A stretch of DNA of 64,000 bases from Octopus vulgaris (Eukaryota). The stretch's first letter is position 1, and every line of letters starts with the position of its first letter. This document shows positions 25,601 through 37,203 of the stretch, in pieces. Under the pieces are notes generated by a model. That model ran no database searches, was not told the origin of the DNA, and saw nothing but the letters and a program-made list of their open reading frames with translations. The stretch is taken from the NCBI GenBank assembly GCA_951406725.2, contig OX597817.1:173848001-173912000 (forward strand), written 5' to 3'. Both the position numbers and the translations under genes were made by a program.

Positions 25601-27100
25601 GAAGAAGTCTGGCACAAAACTCTGAACACAAGAGATGAGAAAGAGGTAGGGAACAAAGAGAAAGTATCTTGTGACTTCTTGAAGGTCATCTTGTCCCAGA
25701 GTTGATGTATCATGGGTTGGAGAAAGCCCTGTGAATACCGTTGCAATGAAGAAGTCTGGCACAAAACTCTGAACACAAGAGATGAGAAAGAGGTAGGGAA
25801 CAAAGAGAAAGTATCTTGTGACTTCTTGAAGGTCATCTTGTCCCAGAGTTGATGTATCATGGGTTGGAGAAAGCCCTGTGAATACTGTTGCAATGAAGAA
25901 GTCTGGCACAAAACTCTGAACACAAGAGATGAGAAAGAGGTAGGGAACAAAGAGAAAGTATCTTGTGACTTCTTGAAGGTCATCTTGTCCCAGAGTTGAT
26001 GTATCATGGGTTGGAGAAAGCCCTGTGAATACTGTTGCAATGAAGAAGTCTGGCACAAAACTCTGAACACAAGAGATGAGAAAGAGGTAGGGAACAAAGA
26101 GAAAGTATCTTGTGACTTCTTGAAGGTCATCTTGTCCCAGAGTTGATGTATCATGGGTTGGAGAAAGCCCTGTGAATACCGTTGCAATGAAGAAGTCTGG
26201 CACAAAACTCTGAACACAAGAGATGAGAAAGAGGTAGGGAACAAAGAGAAAGTATCTTGTGACTTCTTGAAGGTCATCTTGTCCCAGAGTTGATGTATCA
26301 TGGGTTGGAGAAAGCCCTGTGAATACCGTTGCAATGAAGAAGTCTGGCACAAAACTCTGAACACAAGAGATGAGAAAGAGGTAGGGAACAAAGAGAAAGT
26401 ATCTTGTGACTTCTTGAAGGTCATCTTGTCCCAGAGTTGATGTATCATGGGTTGGAGAAAGCCCTGTGAATACTGTTGCAATGAAGAAGTCTGGCACAAA
26501 ACTCTGAACACAAGAGATGAGAAAGAGGTAGGGAACAAAGAGAAAGTATCTTGTGACTTCTTGAAGGTCATCTTGTCCCAGAGTTGATGTATCATGGGTT
26601 GGAGAAAGCCCTGTGAATACCGTTGCAATGAAGAAGTCTGGCACAAAACTCTGAACACAAGAGATGAGAAAGAGGTAGGGAACAAAGAGAAAGTATCTTG
26701 TGACTTCTTGAAGGTCATCTTGTCCCAGAGTTGATGTATCATGGGTTGGAGAAAGCCCTGTGAATACTGTTGCAATGAAGAAGTCTGGCACAAAACTCTG
26801 AACACAAGAGATGAGAAAGAGGTAGGGAACAAAGAGAAAGTATCTTGTGACTTCTTGAAGGTCATCTTGTCCCAGAGTTGATGTATCATGGGTTGGAGAA
26901 AGCCCTGTGAATACTATTGCAATGAAGAAGTCTGGCACAAAACTCTGAACACAAGAGATGAGAAAGAGGTAGGGAACAAAGAGAAACATGTTGGCAAAGG
27001 CTTTGTTGATATCAAGAGCAACAACATTGCTTTTGCTAAAGTTCTTCAGGACAAGAGGTCACAAGAGTACCAATGTCAGAGAACAAGTCTCTTGTAAATT
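22690..27100 (-). pseudogene. decayed Jockey/CR1-like LINE reverse transcriptase, host of the 147-bp array
   Basis: Minus-strand frames give VVALDINKAF, YINSG...LVLLYINDLL, SCDTTL (decayed YADDTTL) and ASQRLDFLFRAKKYFSSN*LLTFFKTQV*PTFVYSHIW, with many stops and frameshifts. Boundaries are approximate. Confidence 0.75.
23751..26986. repeat. tandem array of 22 near-identical 147-bp units
   Basis: Unit starts AAGTATCTTGTGAC at 23751, 23898 and so on; 22 x 147 ends at 26984, plus a 2-nt AA microhomology. Units differ only at one 3-nt site. Confidence 0.97.
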
Positions 27101-27332
27101 TGGTTCAATGGAAACTATAGTAATTGTCACTTAGAAAGAATGGAAACTCAACATGATGGACAAGGTGGTGTTTTTTGTTTCTTTTTTGCTTTTGTACAGT
27201 TGTTTGCTTTATCTTTAAGATTGTGAAAGTAAAAGCAATGGTGGGAGGAGTAAATGGAAAGGTCAAAGCAACTGACCTTCTTGGGCGTAGAACAAGGTTG
27301 CATAGGTACCTATAGAGTAAAATAGTTCCCTT

Positions 27333-27429
<97 letters not shown>

Positions 27430-28172
27430 AAGAGTTTTGTAAGGATAGAAGCTATACATATATATCTCACAATTTTACATCTATACATATACAAGTTTGT
27501 GTGTATGTGTGAGTGTGTGTAAAATTACCAAATCATGATATTTTGAAATCATTTAATATGTACGTCTCAGGTTTGCACAATATATAGTAAGAAATGCATC
27601 CATTTCATGGCTTCTGTGCCGGTGGCACGTAAAAAGCACCATCCGATCGTGGCCATTTGCCAGCCTTGTCTGGCACCTGTGCCGGTGGCACGTAAAAAGC
27701 ACCATCTGATCGTGGCCATTTGCCACCCTCGTCTGGCCCCCGTTCCAGTGGCACGTAAAAAGCACCATCCGATCATGGCCATTTGGCAGCCTCGTCTGGC
27801 CCCCGTGCCGGTGGCACGTAAAAAGCACCCACTACACTCTCGGAGTGGTTGGTGTTAGGAAGGGCATCCAGCCGTAGAAACATTGCCAGATCAGACTGGG
27901 CCTGGTGCAGCCTTCTGGCTTCCCAAACCCCAGTTGAACCGCCCAACCCATGCTAGCATGGAAAGCGGACGCTAAATGATGATGATGTAGTTAGAGTAGT
28001 AAGTCAGCTGGTTGAGCTAAGAGAACAGACATGTATATAGAGGGGGAGAAAGAAAAGAAAAGAGACAGAGAGAGAGACAGAGAGAGAGAGTTTGTTATAT
28101 TTGACTTGAGTTGAAAATTCTGGTGCCATGCACAACACATAGCATAATACGTGTGTGTGTGTACGTGTGTGT

Positions 28173-28228
<56 letters not shown>

Positions 28229-28377
28229 ATGGGGCAGACAAAATTTGTTGAGGTGAATTCTCTACTACTGGAAACAAACATCATTGCTTGTCTGATAGTG
28301 AAGCTTGTTAACAACCATGACATGATGAGAAGACAAGGGTACACACACGTGTGTGTATGTATGTGTATGTATGTGTA

Positions 28378-28426
<49 letters not shown>

Positions 28427-28472
28427 ACGTTAAACGATGATGATGATGATGATATATATATATATATATATA

Positions 28473-31400
28473 TCATCATCATCATCATCATCATCATCAT
28501 TTAGCGTCCGTTTTCCATGCTAGCATGGGTTGGACGGTTCTACTGGGGTCTGTGAAGCCAGAAGGCTTCATCAGGCCCAGTCAAATCTGGCAGTGTTTCT
28601 ACGGCTGGATGCCCTTCCTAACGCCAACCACTCCGTGAGTGTAGTGGGTGCTTTTTACGTGCCACCCGCACTGGTGCCAGACAGAGCTGGCAAACGGCCA
28701 CGAACGGATGGTGCTTTTTATGTGCCACCGGCACGAGGGCCAGGCGAGGCTGGCAACGGACACGAAACGGGGCGGTGCTGGCAACGGTCGCGAAACGGAA
28801 AGTTCTCTTACATGCCACCGGCACTGGTAACACATCTGCAATTTCCATTGATCGATTTCCATTCTGATCCTCACTTGCCTCAATGGGTCTTCACAAGCAG
28901 AGTTTCGACATGCCACCGGCACTGGTAGCACATCCGCAATTTCCATTGATCGATTTCGATTCTGATCCTCACTTGCCTCAACACGTCTTCACAAGTAGAG
29001 TTTTGTGTCCCAAGAAGGGAAGGTATGCATACGTAGGCTGGCTCCATCCCATGTAGAAGGCCACGGGTTGTGGACTCACTTGTCCTGCCGGGTCTTCTCG
29101 CGCACAGCACACTTCCAGAGGTCTCGGTCTCTAGTCATTTCCTCAGTGAGACCTAAAGTTCGAAGGTCGTGCTTCACCACCTCGTCCCAGGTTTTCCTGG
29201 GTCTGCCTCTTCCACAGGTTCCCTCAACCGCTAGGGTGTGGCACTTTTTCACACAACTATCTTCATCCATTCTCGCCACATGACCATACCAGCGCAAACG
29301 TCTCTCTTGCACACCACAACTGATGCTTCTTAGGTCCAGCTTTTCTCTCAAGGTACTTACACTCTGCCGAGTGTGAGTACCGGCATTACACATCCATCGG
29401 AGCATACTGGCTTCATTTCTAGCGAGCTTACGCATATCCTCAGCAGTCACGGCCCATGTTTCACTGCCATGTAGCATGGCTGTTCGTACACACGCATCAT
29501 ACAGTCTGCCTTTCACTCTGTGCGAGAGGCCTTTTGTCACCAGCAGAGGTAAGAGCTCTCTGAACTTTGCCCAAGCTATTCTTACTCTAGCAGTTACACT
29601 TTCAGCACACCCGCCCCCGCTGCTGACTTGGTCACCTAGGTAACGGAAACTATCAACTATTTCTAGTTTTTCTCCCTGGAAAGTGACGGAAGTTGGTCTC
29701 AGAGCATTTTCAGTGTTTATTGTTCCTGAGCATCTGCCACATACAAAAACCATCTTCCTAGTTAGCCTTCCTTTGACATTGCTGCATCTCTTATGTGTCC
29801 ATAGCTTACACTTGGTGCATCTTATAGAGTTTCTACCTACACCTTTTCTACAGATCGAGCAGGGCCATCTACCTGAAGGTGTTTGTGATTTGTCTACCTT
29901 CCTACTGATTACGACTTTGGTTTTAGCTAGATTGACTCTGAGGCCCTTCGATTCTAATCCTTGTTTCCACACCTGAAACTTCTCCTCCAGTTCTGATAGC
30001 GACTCAGCAATTAGAGCAAGGTCATCAGCATAGAGGAGCTCCCAAGGGCATCCTGTCTTGAATTCCTCCGTTATTGCCTGGAGGACTATGATAAATAGGA
30101 GGGGGCTGAGTACTGAGCCTTGGTGGACCCCTACCTCTACCCGGAATTCTTCACTGTACTCATTTCCAACCCTCACCCTACTAGCGGCGTCCCTATACAT
30201 GGCCCGCACAGCTCTCACTAACCATTCATCTATCCCTAGTTTTCTCATTGCCCACCAGATAAGGGATCGGGGGACCCTGTCGAAGGCTTTCTCCATGTCA
30301 ACAAAAGCCAGGTACAGGGGCTTATCTTTGGCTAGGTATTTCTCCTGCAGCTGCCTTACCAGGAATATAGCATCAGTAGTACTTTTCCCTGGCACAAACC
30401 CAAACTGCATCTCATCTAAACTAACTCTCTCTCTAATTAGTTGGGCTATGACCCTCTCCGTAACCTTCATCACCTGGTCCAACAGCTTGATACCTCTGTA
30501 GTTATTTGTATCTAGGGCATCACCTTTACCTTTGTAGCAGTTGACTATTATACTGCTACACCAGTCATTGGGTATGACCCCTTTGTGTATCACCTGATTA
30601 ACTATATGGGTGACTAGGCTATAGCCGACACTACCAGACATTTTGAGCATCTCTGCAGTGATTCCTGATGGGCCTGGGGCTTTCCCTGTCTTCATGCTTC
30701 TAATTGCCTTAGCTACCACAGAACTATCAACTCGGATAGCTGGTCCCTCTGTTGGGTCAACATTCGGCAGACTCTCTTTATCCCATTCGTTTTCTTCATT
30801 CAGCAACCTTTCATAGTGGCATCTCCAAACCTCTCTCTTTGCATCCTCATTTAGCGCAAGTGAACCATCTTCCATGCGAACACACTTCTCTCCTACCACA
30901 TCACGATTCTCTCTCACACACTGTCTTGCAACACGAAACACCTCCAGTCTTTGGTCCTCACGGCGCAGAACATTGGCAAATTTTTTCTTATCTGCTTCCC
31001 CTCTGGCTAAATAAACCTGTCTCCTAGCTTCTCTTTTGGCAGTCTGATACAATTCCCTGCTACCCCCATTTTTCCAGACCTTCCAAGCCTGTCTCTTTTC
31101 TCTAATAGCCCTGTCTACAATATTGTTCCACCACCACGTTATTCTAGGTCGAGAGGGGACTTTGCACCAGCCACAGATCTGGTCAGTGGCTCTCAGCAGG
31201 TTGTCCCTTAGAAACGTCCAGCTGTCTTCTACCCCCTGTGATGCTCTATCCCCTTCTACTTCGTCAGAGGCTTCAAGTTATATGTCCCTAAATCTCTGTC
31301 CATTTGCAGGATCTTTAAGCTTCCAGATCCTTCTTCTCCATATTTGTCGTCTTCTGGTTGTCCTCCTAGTCCTGATCCTAAAGTCACTAACTACCAGTCT

Positions 31401-31890
31401 ATGTTGTGGGGTACATTCTTCACCTGGGAAGGTTTTGGCATTTATAAGCAGCCATCTCTCCCTTTGCCTTGTAAGGATGTAGTCAATTTGGCTGGTATGT
31501 TGGCCCGATTGGTAAGTGACTAGGTGGCTGGTAGGTTTCCTGAAGTTAGTGTTGCAAATCATAAGATTATTTGCATCGCAGAACTCCAGCAGCCTGGTTC
31601 CCTCCTCGTTGCGGGAGCCATAGCCATAGCCTCCATGTACGCCATGGAAGCCCCCAGCATGTCGTCCAACGTGACCATTGAAGTCACCAGCCACAAAGAT
31701 AAGGTCTCTGTCGTTCGTCAATGAGGTAGTCTGCAGTAGAGTGTCATAGAATCGGTCTTTCTGTCCATCGGGTAGCCCCGACTGAGGAGCATAGGCTGAT
31801 ATAATGGTTGCTAAACTATGATGAAGCACTAATCTAATCTTAAGTATTCTGTCACTTACTCTGATTACCTCAATTACTTTATCTACCCAC
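28473..31890 (-). mobile_element. RTE-clade LINE, nearly intact (APE endonuclease, RT, PHD-like finger, 3' UTR), 5'-truncated
   Basis: APE motifs AGDFNGHVG and SQIDYIL; RT motifs NYRGIKLL, QFGF, DMEKAFD and YADD. ORFs 31278-31934 and 29076-31052 are one frame broken by a single TAA at 31278-31280. (GAT)n tail at ~28473-28500. Confidence 0.95.
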
Positions 31891-32753
31891 ATATATAAAA
31901 ATAATATGTAGGTTAAAGTAGTGAGGAAAGGCAAACAATTAGTTGAGGCAGGACAAATTTGATTTTATCTGATTCAATCTAAAAATTTAGCAACATAATG
32001 CATGGTAAAAATAGTACAAACTGGTAAAGATAGTCTCTGACAACTGTTTCTGGGATATCCCAGCTACTGGAACCTCGTATCGAGCAAAGACCCTATAAGT
32101 CAGGTATTCCGTCATTGGAGAAATACAGGCTGGACAGTGGAAGAATGCTTCTTATCAATATTTACTGTGGTTTATTATGTCCAGGAGGGGGGGGGGTCCA
32201 ATTAAATCCAGTTGGATTGGGTCTTCTTTAGGTAAATCCATGATCAGAAAGAGTGGTCAAGCAGTACATCAAGAAAGAAAGAATTGTTATGCAGCATTCT
32301 TTGAGTCATCTTGACCTACATTCCTCATATTTTATATATATATGTATATATACATATATACACACACACACATATGGAAAACTTCTTGATTCCATCTACC
32401 AAATTCACTCATAACAAGCCTTTGGTCAGTCCAGGTCTAAAAGTCCAGATAGAAGACACTTGCCTAAGGTGCCATGCAGTGGGACTGACCTGAAACCACA
32501 TAATTGGGAAACAAACTCCACCACATAGTCACACCTGTACGTATGTATACACACATACACACACACATGGATATACATATCTGTATATATACATAGGTAA
32601 TTTCTACATGCTAGAAGTCAAAACGACCAAAACCACATTTTAAGAGCAATTTTTGAAGGGAATGAAAAATAAAAACTTATACTTGTTATTTTTTACAGTC
32701 ATACCCAGGTTTCAGATTATTTTAGCAAATAAAATAATTTGCCAGGCGATATA

Positions 32754-33024
32754 ATTATTAAGTAAGAAAATGGAGATATTTAATGGATATAAATTAATTA
32801 ATTAATTACCATTGCCTACAATTGTTCCAATTCAGACTCAATATAAATTACAAAACAGACTTTTGATGATATTTCGCTCAATTTGCAAAATGCAAACTTA
32901 TTTTATTATAAATGTTTCATAATTTGTATTGGGTGTGAATTGAAACAATTGCAGGCAATGATAATTAATTAATTAATTAATTAATTTATATCTATGAAAT
33001 CTCTCCATTTTCTTACTTAGTAAT
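32754..33024. repeat. AT-rich imperfect inverted repeat (~95-bp arms)
   Basis: ATTATTAAGTAAGAAAATGGAGA...CAATATAAATTA is mirrored by TAATTTGTATTG...TCTCCATTTTCTTACTTAGTAAT. Confidence 0.75.
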
Positions 33025-33185
33025 ATTTGATGTATTTGATATCTATAATATATTTATTGAAGAGATCACTTCACACTATAATATATTAAACAAGCATAAC
33101 TTGGATGGAAACATCCCGATAAGAAGTTTATATATCCTCATAGTGACTATATATATACATATACATGTATATATATATATATATA

Positions 33186-33519
33186 GCGCATGGCTCAGTG
33201 GTTAGAGCGTCGAGCTTACGATCGTGAGGTTGTGAGCTCGAATCCCGGACCGGGCTGCATGTTGTGTTCTTGAGCAAGGCACTTTATTTCACGTTGCTCC
33301 AGTTCACTCAACTGTAGAAATGAGTTGCGACGTCACAGGTGCCAAGCTGTATCGGCCTTTGTCTTTCCCTTGGATAACACTGGTGGTGTGGAGAGGGGAG
33401 GCTGGTATGCATGGGCGACTGCTGGTCTTCCATAAACAACCTTGCCCGGACTTGTGTCTAGGAGGGTAACTTTCTAGGTGCAATCCCATGGTCATTCATG
33501 ACCGAAGGGGGTCTTTACC

Positions 33520-33523
<4 letters not shown>
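33186..33523 (+). mobile_element. tRNA-derived SINE family D
   Basis: A-box TGGCTCAGTGG and B-box-like GCTCGAATCCC; body ends GGGGGTCTTTACCCTT; inserted in (TA)n. Minus-strand copies at ~16527-16800 and 46295-46632. Confidence 0.8.
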
Positions 33524-33618
<95 letters not shown>

Positions 33619-33657
33619 CATATATATACATACAAATATGTATATGTATATATATGT

Positions 33658-33692
<35 letters not shown>

Positions 33693-34004
33693 ATATATAT
33701 ATATTTGTGTGTGAGTGTGTGAGGCAGTTCATTCCTAATAGTTTGATATGGTATGTCGAATCATTCAGTCATTCTTTCAATGTTCTTCTTTTTTTTCTTT
33801 CCCAAGGGTCTTTTTGTTACAGCCCCAAAATATTTATAATTGTTTGTAAAGATTTGTAAAAGCCTTTTGTGATATACTCAATTAAGGTGAATTAAGATGT
33901 ATAAACTGATAGATTTATGTGTGTCTAATAGTCCACGTATATGAATTACACAAACACACACACACGTATCAAAAGAAGAATCTGGAAAATTTTGGGGTAT
34001 TATT

Positions 34005-34110
34005 TATTCACCATTACAAATATTTCATTTGCTAATAGGAATCACAAAATTGCACATGTTGGGTAAACATGTACGAAATTTCCTATTAGAAATTCTTCAG
34101 ACAAACAATA
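34005..34110 (-). ncRNA. type I hammerhead ribozyme motif with long stem II and weak stem I
   Basis: Minus strand reads UAUUGUUUGU-CUGAAGA-AUUU CUAAUAGGA...GUACAUGUU...AACAUGUGC...UCCUAUUAG C AAAU-GAAAU-AUUU-GUA-AUGGUGAAUA. Confidence 0.65.
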
Positions 34111-34155
34111 TATATGTATATGTATATACTTTATTTAATGCAGCAGAAAATTCAA

Positions 34156-34205
34156 CAAAACCTGTTACTCTGAGTTTCGCATTGCCGTTCATCAGACAGT
34201 TTTTG
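34156..34205 (-). ncRNA. minimal type I hammerhead ribozyme motif (left palindrome arm)
   Basis: Exact reverse complement of 34238-34287. Confidence 0.75.
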
Positions 34206-34237
34206 CTAGAATAGAACCGATATCGGTTCTATTCTAG

Positions 34238-34287
34238 CAAAAACTGTCTGATGAACGGCAATGCGAAACTCAGAGTAACAGGTTTTG
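34238..34287 (+). ncRNA. minimal type I hammerhead ribozyme motif (right palindrome arm)
   Basis: CAAAAACUGU-CUGAUGA-ACG GCAA UGC-GAAAC-UCAGA-GUA-ACAGGUUUUG. Stem I pairs 9 of 10; stem II has a GCAA tetraloop; stem III is ACUC/GAGU. Confidence 0.75.
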
Positions 34288-34510
34288 TTGAATTTTCTGC
34301 TGCATTAAATAAAGCATATTACTCTACCACTGGTATTTGAGTACTCTTTTTTCCACCTTGTTTCACATTTATGTGTTTACTCCGGTGTATATGTATATAT
34401 ATATATAAAGTTAATCCAAACATGAAAACACAAAGAGAAAACACAACAACGCGAGGATGTGGAACAAGTATAGTATTATTGGATGCTGAGGAAAGAAGGA
34501 AAGAAGGAGG

Positions 34511-34545
34511 GTTTAACGTTTTGAGCAGAGCTCTTTGTCAGAAAC
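34511..34545 (-). ncRNA. decayed minimal hammerhead motif
   Basis: Minus strand reads GUUU-CUGACAA-A GAGC UCU GCUC-AAAACGUUA-AAC. G8 and G12 both read A, consistent with CpG-type transitions. Confidence 0.5.
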
Positions 34546-35591
34546 ACAGGAAAAGGAAAGATCCAAAGAAGGAAAGACAGAGGAAAAAAATCACCAACAG
34601 TACACACGCGGTACTTCCCAGCCACATGGTCCCAGGCTCAGTCCAACTGCATAGCATCTCCAGCAAGTGTCATTTACTACAACCAACCTCAGACCAATCA
34701 AAGTGTATTTAGTAGATGGAAACTGTAAAAAGCCCATCACACACACACACACACACACGTATGTGTGTTTGTCTTTGTGTTAGTGTTTGCCCCCTGCACC
34801 ACTGGCTGTCAACTGGTGTTGAAGTGTTTATGCCTCTGTAACTTAGCAGTCTCATAGAAGTCATTGACAGAATAAGTATCGATCTTTAAAAAAAAATCGA
34901 AAGTATGAGGGTTAATTCATTCGGCTAAAATTCTTCGAGGTGGTGCCCCAGCATGGCCATAATCTAATGACTGAAGATAATACATAAAGAAACATCACCA
35001 AATTAAATGATGATAATGATACACACACACCCACACATTCATACTCATACATGTATACATGTATATATGAGTGTGTGTGTGTGTGCATGATTTTGTATGG
35101 AGGTACATGCATGTGTGTATTATCATATCATAATGCGCAGTGAGCTTACCACATTAGCCAGATCAGTAAAGGAATTTGTGTATGACTCGCACTTCATAGA
35201 TGAGTGCTTACCTGTGGAATTACATCTCAAGAACCCTACTGAGTAAATTACACACTCCAGTTCATTTGTTAATGTCAACATTTACACAAGATTCCACCAG
35301 TGAACAAAAGTGTATCTTCTATTAAATAGGAGTAACTAAACGTCAAATTGAAAGCATATATCTCTGTCTGTCTGTCTGTCTGTCTGTCTGTATGTATGTA
35401 TGTATGTATGTATGTATGTATGTATGTATGTATGTATGTATGTATGTATGTATGTATTATGTGTGCCTTTTTGTGTGTGTGTCTGTGTCATGTATGTATG
35501 AAGGTATTTATATGTATATATATATATATATATATACATACACACACATATATATATATATACATATATACACACATATATATATGTATAA

Positions 35592-35634
<43 letters not shown>

Positions 35635-35660
35635 TATGTATAAATATGTATATATATACA

Positions 35661-35726
<66 letters not shown>

Positions 35727-35746
35727 CACACATATGTATACATATA

Positions 35747-35792
<46 letters not shown>

Positions 35793-35794
<2 letters not shown>

Positions 35795-36458
35795 GAGACC
35801 TCTGGAAGTGTGCTGTGCGCGAGAAGACCCGGCAGGACAAGTGAGTCCACAACCCGTGGCCTTCTACATGGGATGGAGCCAGCCTACGTATGCATACCTT
35901 CCCTTCTTGGGACACAAAACTCTACTTGTGAAGACGTGTTGAGGCAAGTGAGGATCAGAATCGAAATCGATCAATGGAAATTGCGGATGTGCTACCAGTG
36001 CCGGTGGCATGTCGAAACTCTGCTTGTGAAGACCCATTGAGGCAAGTGAGGATCAGAATCGAAATCGATCAATGGAAATCGATCAATGGAAATTGCAGAT
36101 GTGTTACCAGTGCCGGTGGCATGTAAGAGAACTTTCCGTTTCGCGACCGTTGCCAGCACCGCCCCGTTTCGTGTCCGTTGCCAGCCTCGCCTGGCCCTCG
36201 TGCCGGTGGCACATAAAAAGCACCATCCGTTCGTGGCCGTTTGCCAGCTCTGTCTGGCACCAGTGCGGGTGGCACGTAAAAAGCACCCACTACACTCACG
36301 GAGTGGTTGGCGTTAGGAAGGGCATCCAGCCGTAGAAACACTGCCAGATTTGACTGGGCCTGATGAAGCCTTCTGGCTTCACAGACCCCAGCAGAACCGT
36401 CCAACCCATGCTAGCATGGAAAACGGACGCTAAATGATGATGATGATGATGATGATGA
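35793..36458 (+). mobile_element. RTE 3' end, near-identical to the 3' end of the element at 28473-29128 but inverted
   Basis: Direct sequence comparison; (GAT)n tail; inserted in (CA)n/(TG)n. Confidence 0.9.
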
Positions 36459-36499
<41 letters not shown>

Positions 36500-36933
36500 G
36501 TCTGATAGACGTGATTAAGCTGAAACTTACAAGTCACTGTCAACCTTGAAACTTGGAAAAAATAAAATATCTGTCTGTCTGTCTGTCTGTTTGTATCATT
36601 GTTGTTGGTGTCAGCGTCATCCTGAACATGGTTCAATGTTCATCATCCATACTGGCATGGGTTGGATGGTTTGACAGGATCTGACAAGTCTGAGGCCCGT
36701 AACATGCCCTGAAGTCTGCTTTGACATCGTTCCTATAGTTAGACGCCCTTCCAATCACATTAACCCTTTCGTTAGCAACCCAGCTAAAACCAGCTCTGGC
36801 TCTGAGTACAAATGTCTTGTTTTCATAAGTTTTGAATTAAAATCTTCCACCAAACTTTAGTCACAATTTATGTTCCTAACACTAGCTTAATGATAACTAA
36901 GTTATTTTACTAAATTCTTTGTTATACTTAAAA

Positions 36934-37203
36934 CTAGCAGTATCACCCAGCGTTGCTCGGGTTTGTTTCAACACTTTAGAATTGGAATTTTTGAAAAGTA
37001 AAAATTTTGCGTTATGTAGCTTGTTATTCTCTTTAAGTGAACATTTTTCTGGTTGAAATACACCGAAAAATGGCGACACAGCAGTTTAAAAAATCGTAAA
37101 AAATAGGGATTTTCATAGAAAAAAAGCACCTTTTTTATGTAAATAATTTTTGGTGTTAACATGCTCCGATTTGAATTTTTTCTTCTACTGAAGGAAGAGC
37201 AAG
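36934..37203 (-). mobile_element. Helitron 3' fragment inserted in a piggyBac-type MITE
   Basis: Reverse complement of ~21590-21866, including the hairpin and CTAG end. Confidence 0.75.

Larger units (their letters stand above)
34129..34314. repeat. perfect 186-bp spacerless palindrome
   Basis: Centred on GATATC (34219-34224); the 93-bp arms are exact reverse complements. Confidence 0.95.

Noticed and set aside
23731-26989. 1052-aa and 1084-aa ORFs as real proteins, or the array as CRISPR
   Set aside because: They are translations of a 147-bp (49-codon) tandem unit derived from a LINE relic. There are no unique spacers and no cas genes, and the context is eukaryotic.
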